Shown in pieces: positions 11,511 to 23,720 of a stretch of DNA of 64,000 bases. The stretch's first letter is position 1. Each line of letters starts with the position of its first letter. The position numbers and the translations under genes were made by a program. The DNA comes from Utricularia gibba (taxonomy: Eukaryota > Plantae > Magnoliophyta), in the NCBI GenBank assembly GCA_002189035.1, contig NEEC01000149.1, positions 1 through 64,000 of the forward strand, in the 5' to 3' direction. The notes beneath the pieces were generated by a model. That model ran no database searches and had not been told where the DNA came from. It saw only the letters and a list, made by a program, of their open reading frames with translations.

Positions 11511-14500
11511 TGATTTTTTCAACAACTTACTTTATACTTGAGGAGGCGGTCTTGGGGGGCAAGAGGAACCGGACAAAGGTCAGCTTAGGCTTGGGCCGAA
11601 AGTAAGTTGTAGCCCGTCAAGGAATGTGATGTATTTATTAACGTTCGGTTTTCGGGGGCTGCCTACATGGTTTTTCAAGGAACATCTTCTCGATTTTTGG
11701 CGGCTAGTCTCGTTGGGAACCTGGTCCTTGACCCCGATTCTGTATGGCTCATGGGGTCAACCGGATGCAAATCGATGAAAAAAATGATGCATTTGTTTAA
11801 ATTACGATATCACGTGCACCCTACATGATTTTTTCAACAACTTACTTTATACTTGAGGAGGTGGTCTTGGGGGGCAAGAGGAACCGGACAAAGGTCAGCA
11901 TAGGCTTTGGCCGAAAGTAAGTTGTAGCCCGGCAAAGAAAAGTGATGTATTTATTAAGTTCGGTTTTCGGGGTTGCCAACATGGTTTTTAAAGGAACAGC
12001 TTCTCGTTTTGTGGCGGCCTGTATCGCAAGGAACTTGGTCCGGGCCCCTGATTCTTTATGGCTCATGAGGACAAAAGGATGCAAATCGATGAAAAAAATG
12101 ATGCATTTGTTTAAATTACGATATCACGTGCACCCTACATGATTTTTTTAACAACTTACTTTATAATTGAGGAGGCGGTCTTGGGGGCAAGAGGAACCGG
12201 ACAAAGGTAAGCTTAGGCTTGGGCCGAAAGTAAGTTGTAGCCTGGCAAATAAAGTGATAAATTTATTAAAGTTCAGTTTTCGGGGGCTGCCTACATGGTT
12301 TTCAAGGAACAGCTTCTCGTTTTGTGGCGGCCAGTCTCGCTGGGAACTTGGTCCTTGACCCCGATTATGTATGGCTCGTGAGGTCAACCGGATGCAAATC
12401 GATTAAAAAAAATGATGCCTTTGTTTAAATTACGATATCACGTGCACCCCACATGATTTTTTCAACAAATTACTTTATACTTAGGGAGGCGGTCTTGGGG
12501 TGCACCTAGAACGGGACAAAGGTCAGGTTTTGCTTGCACCGAGAGTTAGTTGTAGCCCGGCAAATAAAGTGATGTATTTATTAACGTTCAGTTTTCGGGG
12601 GCTGCCTACATGGTTTTTCGAGGAACAGCTTCTCGTTTTGTGGCGGCCAGTCTCGCTGGGAACTTGGTCCTTGACCCCGATTATGTATTGCTCATGAGGT
12701 CAACCGGATGCAAATCGATGAATACAATGATGCATTTGTTTATATTACGATATGACGTGCACCCCACATGATTTTTTCAACAACTTGCTTTATACTTGTG
12801 GAGGCGGTCTTGGGGTGCACCTGGAACGCGACAAAGGTCAGGTTTGGCTTGCGCCGAGAGTTAGTTGTAACACGGCAAATAAAGTGATATATTTATTAAC
12901 GTTCAGTTTTCGGGGGCTGCCTACATGGTTTTTCAAGGAACAGCTTCTTGTTTTTGTGGCGGCCAGTCTCGCTGGAACTTGGTCCTTGACCCCGATTATG
13001 TATGGCTCGTGAGGTCAACCGGATGCAATTCGATGAATACAATAATGCATTTGTTTAAATTACGATATCACGTGCACCCTACATGATTTTTTCAACAACT
13101 TACTTTATACTTGAGGAGGCGGTCTTGGGGGGCAAGAGGAACCGGACAAAGGTCAGCTTAGGCTTGGGCCGAAAGTAAGTTGTAGCCCGTCAAGGAATGT
13201 GATGTATTTATTAACGTTCGGTTTTCGGGGCTGCCTACATGGTTTTTCAAGGAACATCTTCTCGATTTTTGGCGGCTAGTCTCGTTGGGAACCTGGTCCT
13301 TGACCCCGATTCTGTATGGCTCATGGGGTCAACCGGATGCAAATCGATGAAAAAAATGATGCATTTGTTTAAATTACGATATCACGTGCACCCTACATGA
13401 TTTTTTCAACAACTTACTTTATACTTGAGGAGGTGGTCTTGGGGGGCAAGAGGAACCGGACAAAGGTCAGCATAGGCTTTGGCCGAAAGTAAGTTGTAGC
13501 CCGGCAAAGAAAAGTGATGTATTTATTAAGGTTCGGTTTTCGGGGTTGCCAACATGGTTTTTAAAGGAACAGCTTCTCGTTTTGTGGCGGCCTGTATCGC
13601 AAGGAACTTGGTCCGGGCCCCTGATTCTTTATGGCTCATGAGGACAAAAGGATGCAAATCGATGAAGAAAATGATGCATTTGTTTAAATTACGATATCAC
13701 GTGCACCCTACATGATTTTTTTAACAACTTACTTTATAATTGAGGAGGCGGTCTTGGGGGCAAGAGGAACCGGACAAAGGTAAGCTTAGGCTTGGGCCGA
13801 AAGTAAGTTGTAGCCTGGCAAATAAAGTGATAAATTTATTAAAGTTCAGTTTTCGGGGGCTGCCTACATGGTTTTCAAGGAACAGCTTCTCGTTTTGTGG
13901 CGGCCAGTCTCGCTGGGAACTTGGTCCTTGACCCCGATTATGTATGGCTCGTGAGGTCAACCGGATGCAAATCGATTAAAAAAAATGATGCCTTTGTTTA
14001 AATTACGATATCACGTGCACCCCACATGATTTTTTCAACAAATTACTTTATACTTAGGGAGGCGGTCTTGGGGTGCACCTAGAACGGGACAAAGGTCAGG
14101 TTTTGCTTGCACCGAGAGTTAGTTGTAGCCCGGCAAATAAAGTGATGTATTTATTAACGTTCAGTTTTCGGGGCTGCCTACATGGTTTTTCGAGGAACAG
14201 CTTCTCGTTTTGTGCGGCCAGTCTCGCTGGGAACTTGGTCCTTGACCCCGATTATGTATTGCTCATGAGGTCAACCGGATGCAAATCGATGAATACAATG
14301 ATGCATTTGTTTATATTACGATATGACGTGCACCCCACATGATTTTTTCAACAACTTGCTTTATACTTGTGGAGGCGGTCTTGGGGTGCACCTGGAACGC
14401 GACAAAGGTCAGGTTTGGCTTGCGCCGAGAGTTAGTTGTAACACGGCAAATAAAGTGATATATTTATTAACGTTCAGTTTTCGGGGGCTGCCTACATGGT

Positions 14501-15123
14501 TTTTCAAGGAACAGCTTCTTGTTTTTGTGGCGGCCAGTCTCGCTGGGAACTTGGTCCTTGACCCCGATTATGTATGGCTCGTGAGGTCAACCGGATGCAA
14601 TTCGATGAATACAATAATGCATTTGTTTAAATTACGATATCACGTGCACCCTACATGATTTTTTCAACAACTTACTTTATACTTGAGGAGGCGGTCTTGG
14701 GGGCAAGAGGAACCGGACAAAGGTCAGCTTAGGCTTGGGCCGAAAGTAAGTTGTAGCCCGTCAAGGAATGTGATGTATTTATTAACGTTCGGTTTTCGGG
14801 GGCTGCCTACATGGTTTTTCAAGGAACATCTTCTCGATTTTTGGCGGCTAGTCTCGTTGGGAACCTGGTCCTTGACCCCGATTCTGTATGGCTCATGGGT
14901 CAACCGGATGCAAATCGATGAAAAAAATGATGCATTTGTTTAAATTACGATATCACGTGCACCCTACATGATTTTTTCAACAACTTACTTTATACTTGAG
15001 GAGGTGGTCTTGGGGGCAAGAGGAACCGGACAAAGGTCAGCATAGGCTTTGGCCGAAAGTAAGTTGTAGCCCGGCAAAGAAAAGTGATGTATTTATTAAG
15101 GTTCGGTTTTCGGGTTGCCAACA

Positions 15124-16529
15124 TGGTTTTTCAAGGAACAACTTCTCATTTTGTGGCGGCCAGTCTCGCTGGGAACTTGGTCCTTGACCCCGATTATGTA
15201 TTGCTCATGAGGTCAACCGGATGCAAATCGATTAAAAAAAAATGATGCCTTTGTTTAAATTACGATATCACGTGCACCCCACATGATTTTTTCAACAACT
15301 TGCTTTATACTTGTGAGGCGGTCTTGGGGTGCACCTGGAACGGACAAAGGTCAGGTTGGCTTGCGCCGAGAGTTAGTTGTAACCGGCAAATAAAGTGATG
15401 TATTTATTAACGTTCAGTTTTCGGGGGCTGCCTACATGGTTTTTCAAGGAACAGCTTCTCGTTTTGTGGCGGCCAGTCTCGCTGGGAACTTGGTCCTTGA
15501 CCCCGATTCTGTATGGCTCATGAGGTCAACCGGATGCAAATCGATTAAAAAAATGATGCCTTTGTTTAAATTACGATATCACGTGCACCCCACATGATTT
15601 TTTCAACAACTTACTTTATACTTGAGGAGGCGGTCTTGGGGTGCACCTAGAACGGGACAAAGGTCAGGTTTGGCTTGCGCCGAGAGTTAGTTGTAGCCGG
15701 CAAATAAAGTGATGTATTTATTAACGTTCAGTTTTTGGGGGCTGCCTACATGGTTTTTCAAGAACAGCTTCTCGTTTTGTGGCGGCCAGTCTCGCTGGGA
15801 ACTTGGTCCTGGACCCCGATTCTGTATGGCTCATGAGGTCAACCGGATGGAAATCGATTAAAAAATGATGCCTTTCTTTAAATTACGATATCACGTGCAC
15901 CCACATGATTTTTTCAACAACTTACTTTATACTTGAGGAGGCGGTCTTGGGGTGCACCTAGAACGGGACAAAGGTCAGGTTTGGCTTGCGCCGAGAGTTA
16001 GTTGTAGCTCGGCAAATAAAGTGATGTATTTATTAACGTTCAGTTTTCGGGGGCCCTACATGGTTTTTCAAGGAACAGCTTCTCATTTGTGGCGGCCAGT
16101 CTCGCTGGGAACTTGGTCCTTGACCCCGATTCTGTATGGCTCATGAGGTCAACCGGATGCAAATCGATTAAAAAAATGATGCTTTTGTTTAAATTACGAT
16201 ATCACGTGCACCCCACATGATTTTTTCAACAACTTACTTTATACTTGAGGAGGCGGTCTTGGGGTGCACCTAGAACGGGACAAAGGTCAGGTTTGGCTTG
16301 CGCCGAGAGTTAGTTGTAGCTCGGAAAATAAAGTGATGTATTTATTAACGTTCAGTTTTCGGGGGCTGCCTACATGGTTTTTCAAGGAACAGCTTCTCGT
16401 TTTGTGGCGGCCAGTCTCGCTGGGAACTTGGTCCTTGACCCGATTATGTATGCTCATGAGGTCAACCGGATGCAAATCGATTAAAAAATGATGCCTTTGT
16501 TTAAATTACGATATCACGTGCACCCCACA
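15124..16529 (+). repeat. First block of M-type (non-HOR) monomers, ~4.5 units
   Basis: After gccaaca (15117-15123, last B marker) the sequence follows the M pattern. Monomer starts are 15284, 15595, 15906 and 16218; the 15284 unit has an E-like 5' end. Confidence 0.85.
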
Positions 16530-19013
16530 TGATTTTTCAACAACTTGCTTTATACTTGTGGAGGCGGTCTTGGGGTGCACCTGGAACGGGACAAAGGTCA
16601 GGTTTGGCTTGCGCCGAAAGTTAGTTGTAACACGGCAAATAAAGTGATATATTTATTAACGTTCAGTTTTCGGGGGCTGCCTACATGGTTTTTCAAGGAA
16701 CAGCTTCTTGTTTTTGTGGCGGCCAGTCTCGCTGGGAACTTGGTCCTTGACCCCGATTATGTATGGCTCGTGAGGTCAACCGGATGCAATTCGATGAATA
16801 CAATAATGCATTTGTTTAAATTACGATATCACGTGCACCCTACATGATTTTTTCAACAACTTACTTTATACTTGAGGAGGCGGTCTTGGGGGGCAAGAGG
16901 AACCGGACAAAGGTCAGCTTAGGCTTGGGCCGAAAGTAAGTTGTAGCCGGCAAAATGTGATGTATTTATTAACGTTCAGTTTTCGGGGGCTGCCTATGGT
17001 TTTTCAAGGAACAGCTTCTCGTTTTTGGCGGCCAGTCTCGTTGGGAACTTGGTCCTTGACCCCGATTCTGTATGGCTCATGGGGTCAACCGGATGCAAAT
17101 CGATTAAAAAAATGATGCATTTGTTTAAATTACGATATCACGTGCACCCACATGATTTTTTCAACAACTTACTTTATACTTGAGGAGGTGGTCTTGGGGG
17201 CAAGAGGAACGGACAAAGGTCAGCATAGGCTTGGCCGAAGTAAGTTGTAGCCCGGCAAAGAAAAGTGATGTATTTATTAACGTTCGGTTTTCGGGGGCCA
17301 ACATGGTTTTTAAGGAACAGCTTCTCGTTTTGTGGCGGCCTGTATCGCAAGGAACTTGGTCCGGGCCCGATTCTTTATGGCTCATGAGGACAAAAGGATG
17401 CAAATCGATGAAGAAATGATGCATTTGTTTAAATTACGATATCACGTGCACCCTACATGATTTTTTTAAACAACTTACTTTATAATTGAGGAGGCGGTCT
17501 TGGGGGCAAGAGGAACCGGACAAAGGTCAGCTTAGGCTTGGGCCGAAAGTAAGTTGTAGCCGGCAAATAAAGTGATAAATTTATTAAAGTTCAGTTTTCG
17601 GGGGCTGCCTACATGGTTTTCAAGGAACAGCTTCTCGTTTTGTGGCGGCCAGTCTCGCTGGGAACTTGGTCCTTGACCCGATTATGTATGGCTCATGAGG
17701 TCAACCGGATGCAAATCGATTAAAAAAAATGATGCCTTTGTTTAAATTACGATATCACGTGCACCCCACATGATTTTTTCAACAAATTACTTTATACTTA
17801 GGGAGGCGGTCTTGGGGTGCACCTAGAACGGGACAAAGGTCAGGTTTTGCTTGCCCGAGAGTTAGTTGTAGCCCGGCAAATAAAGTGATGTATTTATTAA
17901 CGTTCAGTTTTCGGGGGCTGCCTACATGGTTTTTCAGGAACAGCTTCTCGTTTTGTGGCGGCCAGTCTCGCTGGGAACTTGGTCCTTGACCCCGATTATG
18001 TATTGCTCATGAGGTCAACCGGATGCAAATCGATGAAAACAATGATGCATTTGTTTAATTACGATATGACGTGCACCCCACATGATTTTTTCAACAACTT
18101 GCTTTATACTTGTGGAGGCGGTCTTGGGGTGCACCTGGAACGCGACAAAGGTCAGGTTTGGCTTGCGCCGAGAGTTAGTTGTAACACGGCAAATAAAGTG
18201 ATATATTTATTAACGTTCAGTTTTCGGGGGCTGCCTACATTTTTTCAAGGAACAGCTTCTTGTTTTTGTGGCGGCCAGTCTCGCTGGGAACTTGGTCCTT
18301 GACCCCGATTATGTATGGCTCATGAGGTCAACCGGATGCAATTGATGAAACAAATGATGCATTTGTTTAAATTACGATATCACGTGCACCCTACATGATT
18401 TTTTCAACAACTTACTTTATACTTGAGGAGGCGGTCTTGGGGCAAGAGGAACCGGACAAAGGTCAGCTTTGGCTTGGGCCGAAAGTAAGTTGTAGCCCGG
18501 CAAAATGTGATGTATTTATTAACGTTCGGTTTTGGGGGCTGCCTACATGGTTTTTCAAGGAACAGCTTCTCGTTTTTGGCGGCCAGTCTCGCTGGGAACT
18601 TGGTCCTTGACCCCGATTCTGTATGGCTCATGAGGTCAACCGGATGCAAATCGATGAAAAAAATGATGCATTTGTTTAAATTACGATATCACGTGCACCC
18701 ACATGATTTTTTCAACAACTTACTTTATACTTGAGGAGGCGGTCTTGGGGGCAAGAGGAACGGACAAAGGTCAGGTTTGGCTTGGCCGAGAGTTAGTTGT
18801 AGCCCGGCAAAAAAAGTGATGTATTTATTAACGTTCAGTTTTCGGGGTTGCCAACATGGTTTTTCAAGGAACAGCTTCTCGTTTTGTGGCGGCCAGTCTC
18901 GCTGGAACTTGGTCCTTGACCCGATTCTGTATGGCTCATGAGGTCAACCGGATGCAAATCGATTAAAAAAAATGATGCCTTTGTTTAAATTACGATATCA
19001 CGTGCACCCCACA
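16530..19013 (+). repeat. Second HOR island E-A-B-C-D-E-A-B(5' half), degenerate and out of phase with the main HOR
   Basis: Starts: 16530 (E), 16845 (A), 17153 (B), 17458 (C), 17771 (D), 18083 (E), 18396 (A-like), 18704 (B-like 5' part, with ggttgccaac at ~18847). Many 1-bp deletions and progressively more M alleles. Confidence 0.85.
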
Positions 19014-22000
19014 TGATTTTTTCAACAACTTACTTTATACTTGAGGAGGCGGTCTTGGGGTGCACCTGGAACGGGACAAAGGTCAGGTTTGGCTTGCGCC
19101 GAGAGTTAGTTGTAGCGGAAATAAAGTGATGTATTTATTAACGTTCAGTTTTCGGGGGCTGCCTACATGGTTTTTCAAGGAACAGCTTCTCGTTTTGTGG
19201 CGGCCAGTCTCGCTGGGAACTTGGTCCTTGACCCGATTATGTATGCTCATGAGGTCAACCGATTCGATTAAAAATGATGCCTTTGTTTAAATTACGATAT
19301 CACGTGCACCCCACATGATTTTTTCAACAACTTACTTTATACTTGAGGAGGCGGTCTTGGGGTGCACCTAGAACGGGACAAAGGTCAGGTTTGGCTTGCG
19401 CCGAGAGTTAGTTGTAGCTCGGCAAATAAAGTGATGTATTTATTAACGTTCAGTTTTTGGGGGCTGCCTACATGGTTTTTCAAGGAACAGCTTCTCGTTT
19501 TGTGGCGGCCAGTCTCGCTGGGAACTTGGTCCTTGACCCCGATTCTGTATGGCTCATGAGGTCAACCGGATGGAAATCGATTAAAGAAAATGATGCTTTC
19601 TTTAAATTACGATATCACGTGCACCCACATGATTTTTTCAACAACTTACTTTATACTTGAGGAGGCGGTCTTGGGGTGCACCTAGAACGGGACAAAGGTC
19701 AGGTTTGGCTTGCCGAGAGTTAGTTGTAGCTCGGAAAAATAAAGTGATGTATTTATTAACGTTCAGTTTTCGGGGGCTGCTACATGGTTTTTCAAGGAAC
19801 AGCTTCTCGTTTTTGTGGCGGCCAGTCTCGCTGGGAACTTGGTCCTTGACCCCGATTATGTATGGCTCATGAGGTCAACCGGATGCAAATCGATTAAAAA
19901 AATGATGCCTTTGTTTAAATTACGATATCACGTGCACCCCACATGATTTTTTCAACAACTTACTTTATACTTGAGGAGGCGGTCTTGGGGTGCACCTGGA
20001 ACGGGACAAAGGTCAGGTTTGGCTTGCGCCGAGAGTTAGTTGTAGCTCGGAAAAATAAAGTGATGTATTTATTAACGTTCAGTTTTTCGGGGGCTGCCTA
20101 CATGGTTTTTCAAGGAACAGCTTCTCGTTTTGTGGCGGCCAGTCTCGCTGGAAACTTGGTCCTTGACCCCGATTCTGTATGGCTCATGAGGTCAACCGGA
20201 TGCAAATCGATTAAAAAAATGATGCTTTTGTTTAAATTACGATATCACGTGCACCCACATGATTTTTTCAACAACTTACTTTATACTTGAGGAGGCGGTC
20301 TTGGGGTGCACCTAGAACGGGACAAAGGTCAGGTTTGGCTTGCGCCGAGAGTTAGTTGTAGCTCGGCAAAATAAAGTGATGTATTTATTAACGTTCAGTT
20401 TTTGGGGGCTGCCTACATGGTTTTTCAAGGAACAGCTTCTCGTTTTGTGGCGGCCAGTCTCGCTGGGAACTTGGTCCTTGACCCCGATTCTGTATGGCTC
20501 ATGAGGTCAACCGGATGCAAATCGATTAAAAAAAATGATGCCTTTGTTTAAATTACGATATCACGTGCACCCCACATGATTTTTTCAACAACTTACTTTA
20601 TACTTGAGGAGGCGGTCTTGGGGTGCACCTAGAACGGGACAAAGGTCAGGTTTGGCTTGCGCCGAGAGTTAGTTGTAGCTCGGCAAATAAAGTGATGTAT
20701 TTATTAACGTTCAGTTTTTGGGGGCTGCCTACATGGTTTTTCAAGGAACAGCTTCTCGTTTTTGGCGGCCAGTCTCGCTGGGAACTTGGTCCTTGACCCC
20801 GATTATGTATTGCTCATGAGGTCAACCGGATGCAAATTGATTAAAAAAAATGATGCCTTTTTTAAATTACGATATCACGTGCACCCCACATGATTTTTTC
20901 AACAACTTACTTTATACTTGAGGAGGCGGTCTTGGGGTGCACCTAGAACGGGACAAAGGTCAGGTTTGGCTTGCGCCGAGAGTTAGTTGTAGCTCGGAAA
21001 ATAAAGTGATGTATTTATTAACGTTCAGTTTTCGGGGGCTGCCTACATGGTTTTTCAAGGAACAGCTTCTCGTTTTGTGGCGGCCAGTCTCGCTGGGAAC
21101 TTGGTCCTTGACCCCGATTCTGTATGGCTCATGAGGTCAACCGGATGCAAATCGATTAAAAAAATGATGCCTTTGTTTAAATTACGATATCACGTGCACC
21201 CCACATGATTTTTTCAACAACTTACTTTATACTTGAGGAGGCGGTCTTGGGGTGCACCTAGAACGGGACAAAGGTCAGGTTTGGCTTGCGCCGAGAGTTA
21301 GTTGTAGCTCGGCAAAATAAAGTGATGTATTTTTAACGTTCAGTTTTTGGGGGCTGCCTACATGGTTTTTAAGGAACAGCTTCTCGTTTTGTGGCGGCCA
21401 GTCTCGCTGGGAACTTGGTCCTTGACCCCGATTCTGTATGGCTCATGAGGTCAACCGGATGCAAATCGATTAAAAAAATGATGCCTTTGTTTAATTACGA
21501 TATCACGTGCACCCCACATGATTTTTTCAACAACTTACTTTATACTTGAGGAGGCGGTCTTGGGGTGCACCTAGAACGGGACAAAGGTCAGGTTTGGCTT
21601 GCGCCGAGAGTTAGTTGTAGCTCGGCAAATAAAGTGATGTATTTATTAACGTTCAGTTTTCGGGGGCTGCCTACATGGTTTTTCAAGGAACAGCTTCTCG
21701 TTTTGTGGCGGCCAGTCTCGCTGGGAACTTGGTCCTTGACCCGATTCTGTATGGCTCATGAGGTCAACCGGATGCAAATCGATTAAAAAAATGATGCCTT
21801 TGTTTAAATTACGATATCACGTGCACCCCACATGATTTTTTCAACAACTTACTTTATACTTGAGGAGGCGGTCTTGGGGTGCACCTAGAACGGGACAAAG
21901 GTCAGGTTTGGCTTGCGCCGAGAGTTAGTTGTAGCTCGGCAAATAAAGTGATGTATTTATTAACGTTCAGTTTTTGGGGGCTGCCTACATGGTTTTTCAA

Positions 22001-23393
22001 GGAACAGCTTCTCGTTTTGTGGCGGCCAGTCTCGCTGGGAACTTGGTCCTTGACCCCGATTCTGTATGGCTCATGAGGTCAACCGGATGCAAATCGATTA
22101 AAGAAAATGATGCCTTTCTTTAAATTACGATATCACGTGCACCCACATGATTTTTCAACAACTTACTTTATACTTGAGGAGGCGGTCTTGGGGTGCACCT
22201 AGAACGGGACAAAGGTCAGGTTTGGCTTGCGCCGAGAGTTAGTTGTAGCTCGGCAAATAAAGTGATGTATTTATTAACGTTCAGTTTTCGGGGTGCCTAC
22301 ATGGTTTTTCAAGGAACAGCTTCTCGTTTTGTGGCGGCCAGTCTCGCTGGGAACTTGGTCCTTGACCCCGATTCTGTATGGCTCATGAGGTCAACCGGAT
22401 GCAAATTGATTAAAAAAAATGATGCTTTTGTTTAAATTACGATATCACGTGCACCCCACATGATTTTTTCAACAACTTACTTTATACTTGAGGAGGCGGT
22501 CTTGGGGTGCACCTAGAACGGGACAAAGGTCAGGTTTGGCTTGCGCCGAGAGTTAGTTGTAGCTCGGAAAATAAAGTGATGTATTTATTAACGTTCAGTT
22601 TTCGGGGGCTGCCTACATGGTTTTTCAAGGAACAGCTTCTCGTTTTGTGGCGGCCAGTCTCGCTGGGAACTTGGTCCTTGACCCCGATTATGTATGGCTC
22701 ATGAGGTCAACCGGATGCAAATTGATTAAAAAAAATGATGCCTTTGTTTAAATTACGATATCACGTGCACCCCACATGATTTTTTCAACAACTTACTTTA
22801 TACTTGAGGAGGCGGTCTTGGGGTGCACCTAGAACGGGACAAAGGTCAGGTTTGGCTTGCGCCGAGAGTTAGTTGTAGCTCGGCAAATAAAGTGATGTAT
22901 TTATTAACGTTCAGTTTTTGGGGGCTGCCTACATGGTTTTTCAAGGAACAGCTTCTCGTTTTGTGGCGGCCAGTCTCGCTGGGAACTTGGTCCTTGACCC
23001 CGATTCTGTATGGCTCATGAGGTCAACCGGATGCAAATCGATTAAAAAATGATGCCTTTGTTTAAATTACGATATCACGTGCACCCACATGATTTTTTCA
23101 ACAACTTACTTTATACTTGAGGAGGCGGTCTTGGGGTGCACCTAGAACGGGACAAAGGTCAGGTTTGGCTTGCGCCGAGAGTTAGTTGTAGCTCGGCAAA
23201 ATAAAGTGATGTATTTATTAACGTTCAGTTTTTGGGGGCTGCCTACATGGTTTTTCAAGGAACAGCTTCTCGTTTTGTGGCGGCCAGTCTCGCTGGGAAC
23301 TTGGTCCTTGACCCCGATTCTGTATGGCTCATGAGGTCAACCGGATGCAAATTGATTAAAAAAATGATGCCTTTGTTTAAATTACGATATCAC

Positions 23394-23457
23394 GTGCACC
23401 CCACATGATTTTTTCAACAACTTACTTTATACTTGAGGAGGCGGTCTTGGGGTGCAC
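23394..23457. other. Perfect 10-bp inverted repeat gtgcacccca / tggggtgcac across the monomer junction (44-nt spacer), present at junctions into D, E and M monomers
   Basis: Arms at 23394-23403 and 23448-23457 are exact reverse complements. Confidence 0.85.
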
Positions 23458-23720
23458 CTAGAACGGGACAAAGGTCAGGTTTGGCTTGCGCCGAGAGTTA
23501 GTTGTAGCTCGGCAAATAAAGTGATGTATTTATTAACGTTCAGTTTTCGGGGGCTGCCTACATGGTTTTTCAAGGAACAGCTTCTCGTTTTGTGGCGGCC
23601 AGTCTCGCTGGGAACTTGGTCCTTGACCCCGATTCTGTATGGCTCATGAGGTCAACCGGATGCAAATCGATTAAAAAAATGATGCCTTTGTTTAAATTAC
23701 GATATCACGTGCACCCCACA
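23406..23720 (+). repeat. Exemplar M monomer (315 bp) = half H1 (23406-23562, 157 bp) + half H2 (23563-23720, 158 bp)
   Basis: H1 and H2 align end to end with one gap at about 85/157 identities (hand count). Examples: ttgaggaggc/ttgtggcggc, gtttggct/gtatggct, aataaagtgatg/aaaaaaatgatg, gcctacatggttttt/ccccacatgattttt. Confidence 0.9.

Larger units (their letters stand above)
2096..15123 (+). repeat. 5-monomer higher-order repeat domain (A-B-C-D-E)n, period ~1573 bp; 8 full copies plus A and half of B
   Basis: HOR starts at 2096, 3659, 5219, 6791, 8364, 9937, 11511, 13084 and 14656 (spacings 1560-1574). Type-specific markers recur strictly every fifth monomer. Confidence 0.97.

Noticed and set aside
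23484-23505. Resemblance of gcttg(c/g)gccga(g/a)agt(t/a)agt, plus ggatgc and ctgggaa, to plant 5S rRNA (GCTTGGGCGAGAGTAGT), with a unit length like 5S rDNA
   Set aside because: The matches are short, need gaps and are not collinear at 5S spacing, and no ~119-nt gene or terminal stem is present. An Infernal search with Rfam RF00001 would be decisive.
23406-23562. A further ~78-bp sub-repeat within each half
   Set aside because: No convincing alignment between the quarter units by eye.
23625-23655. Pol III A-box-like tggctcatgagg and B-box-like ggttcgg (tRNA/SINE origin)
   Set aside because: Both deviate from consensus, their order and spacing are wrong, and no cloverleaf is evident.
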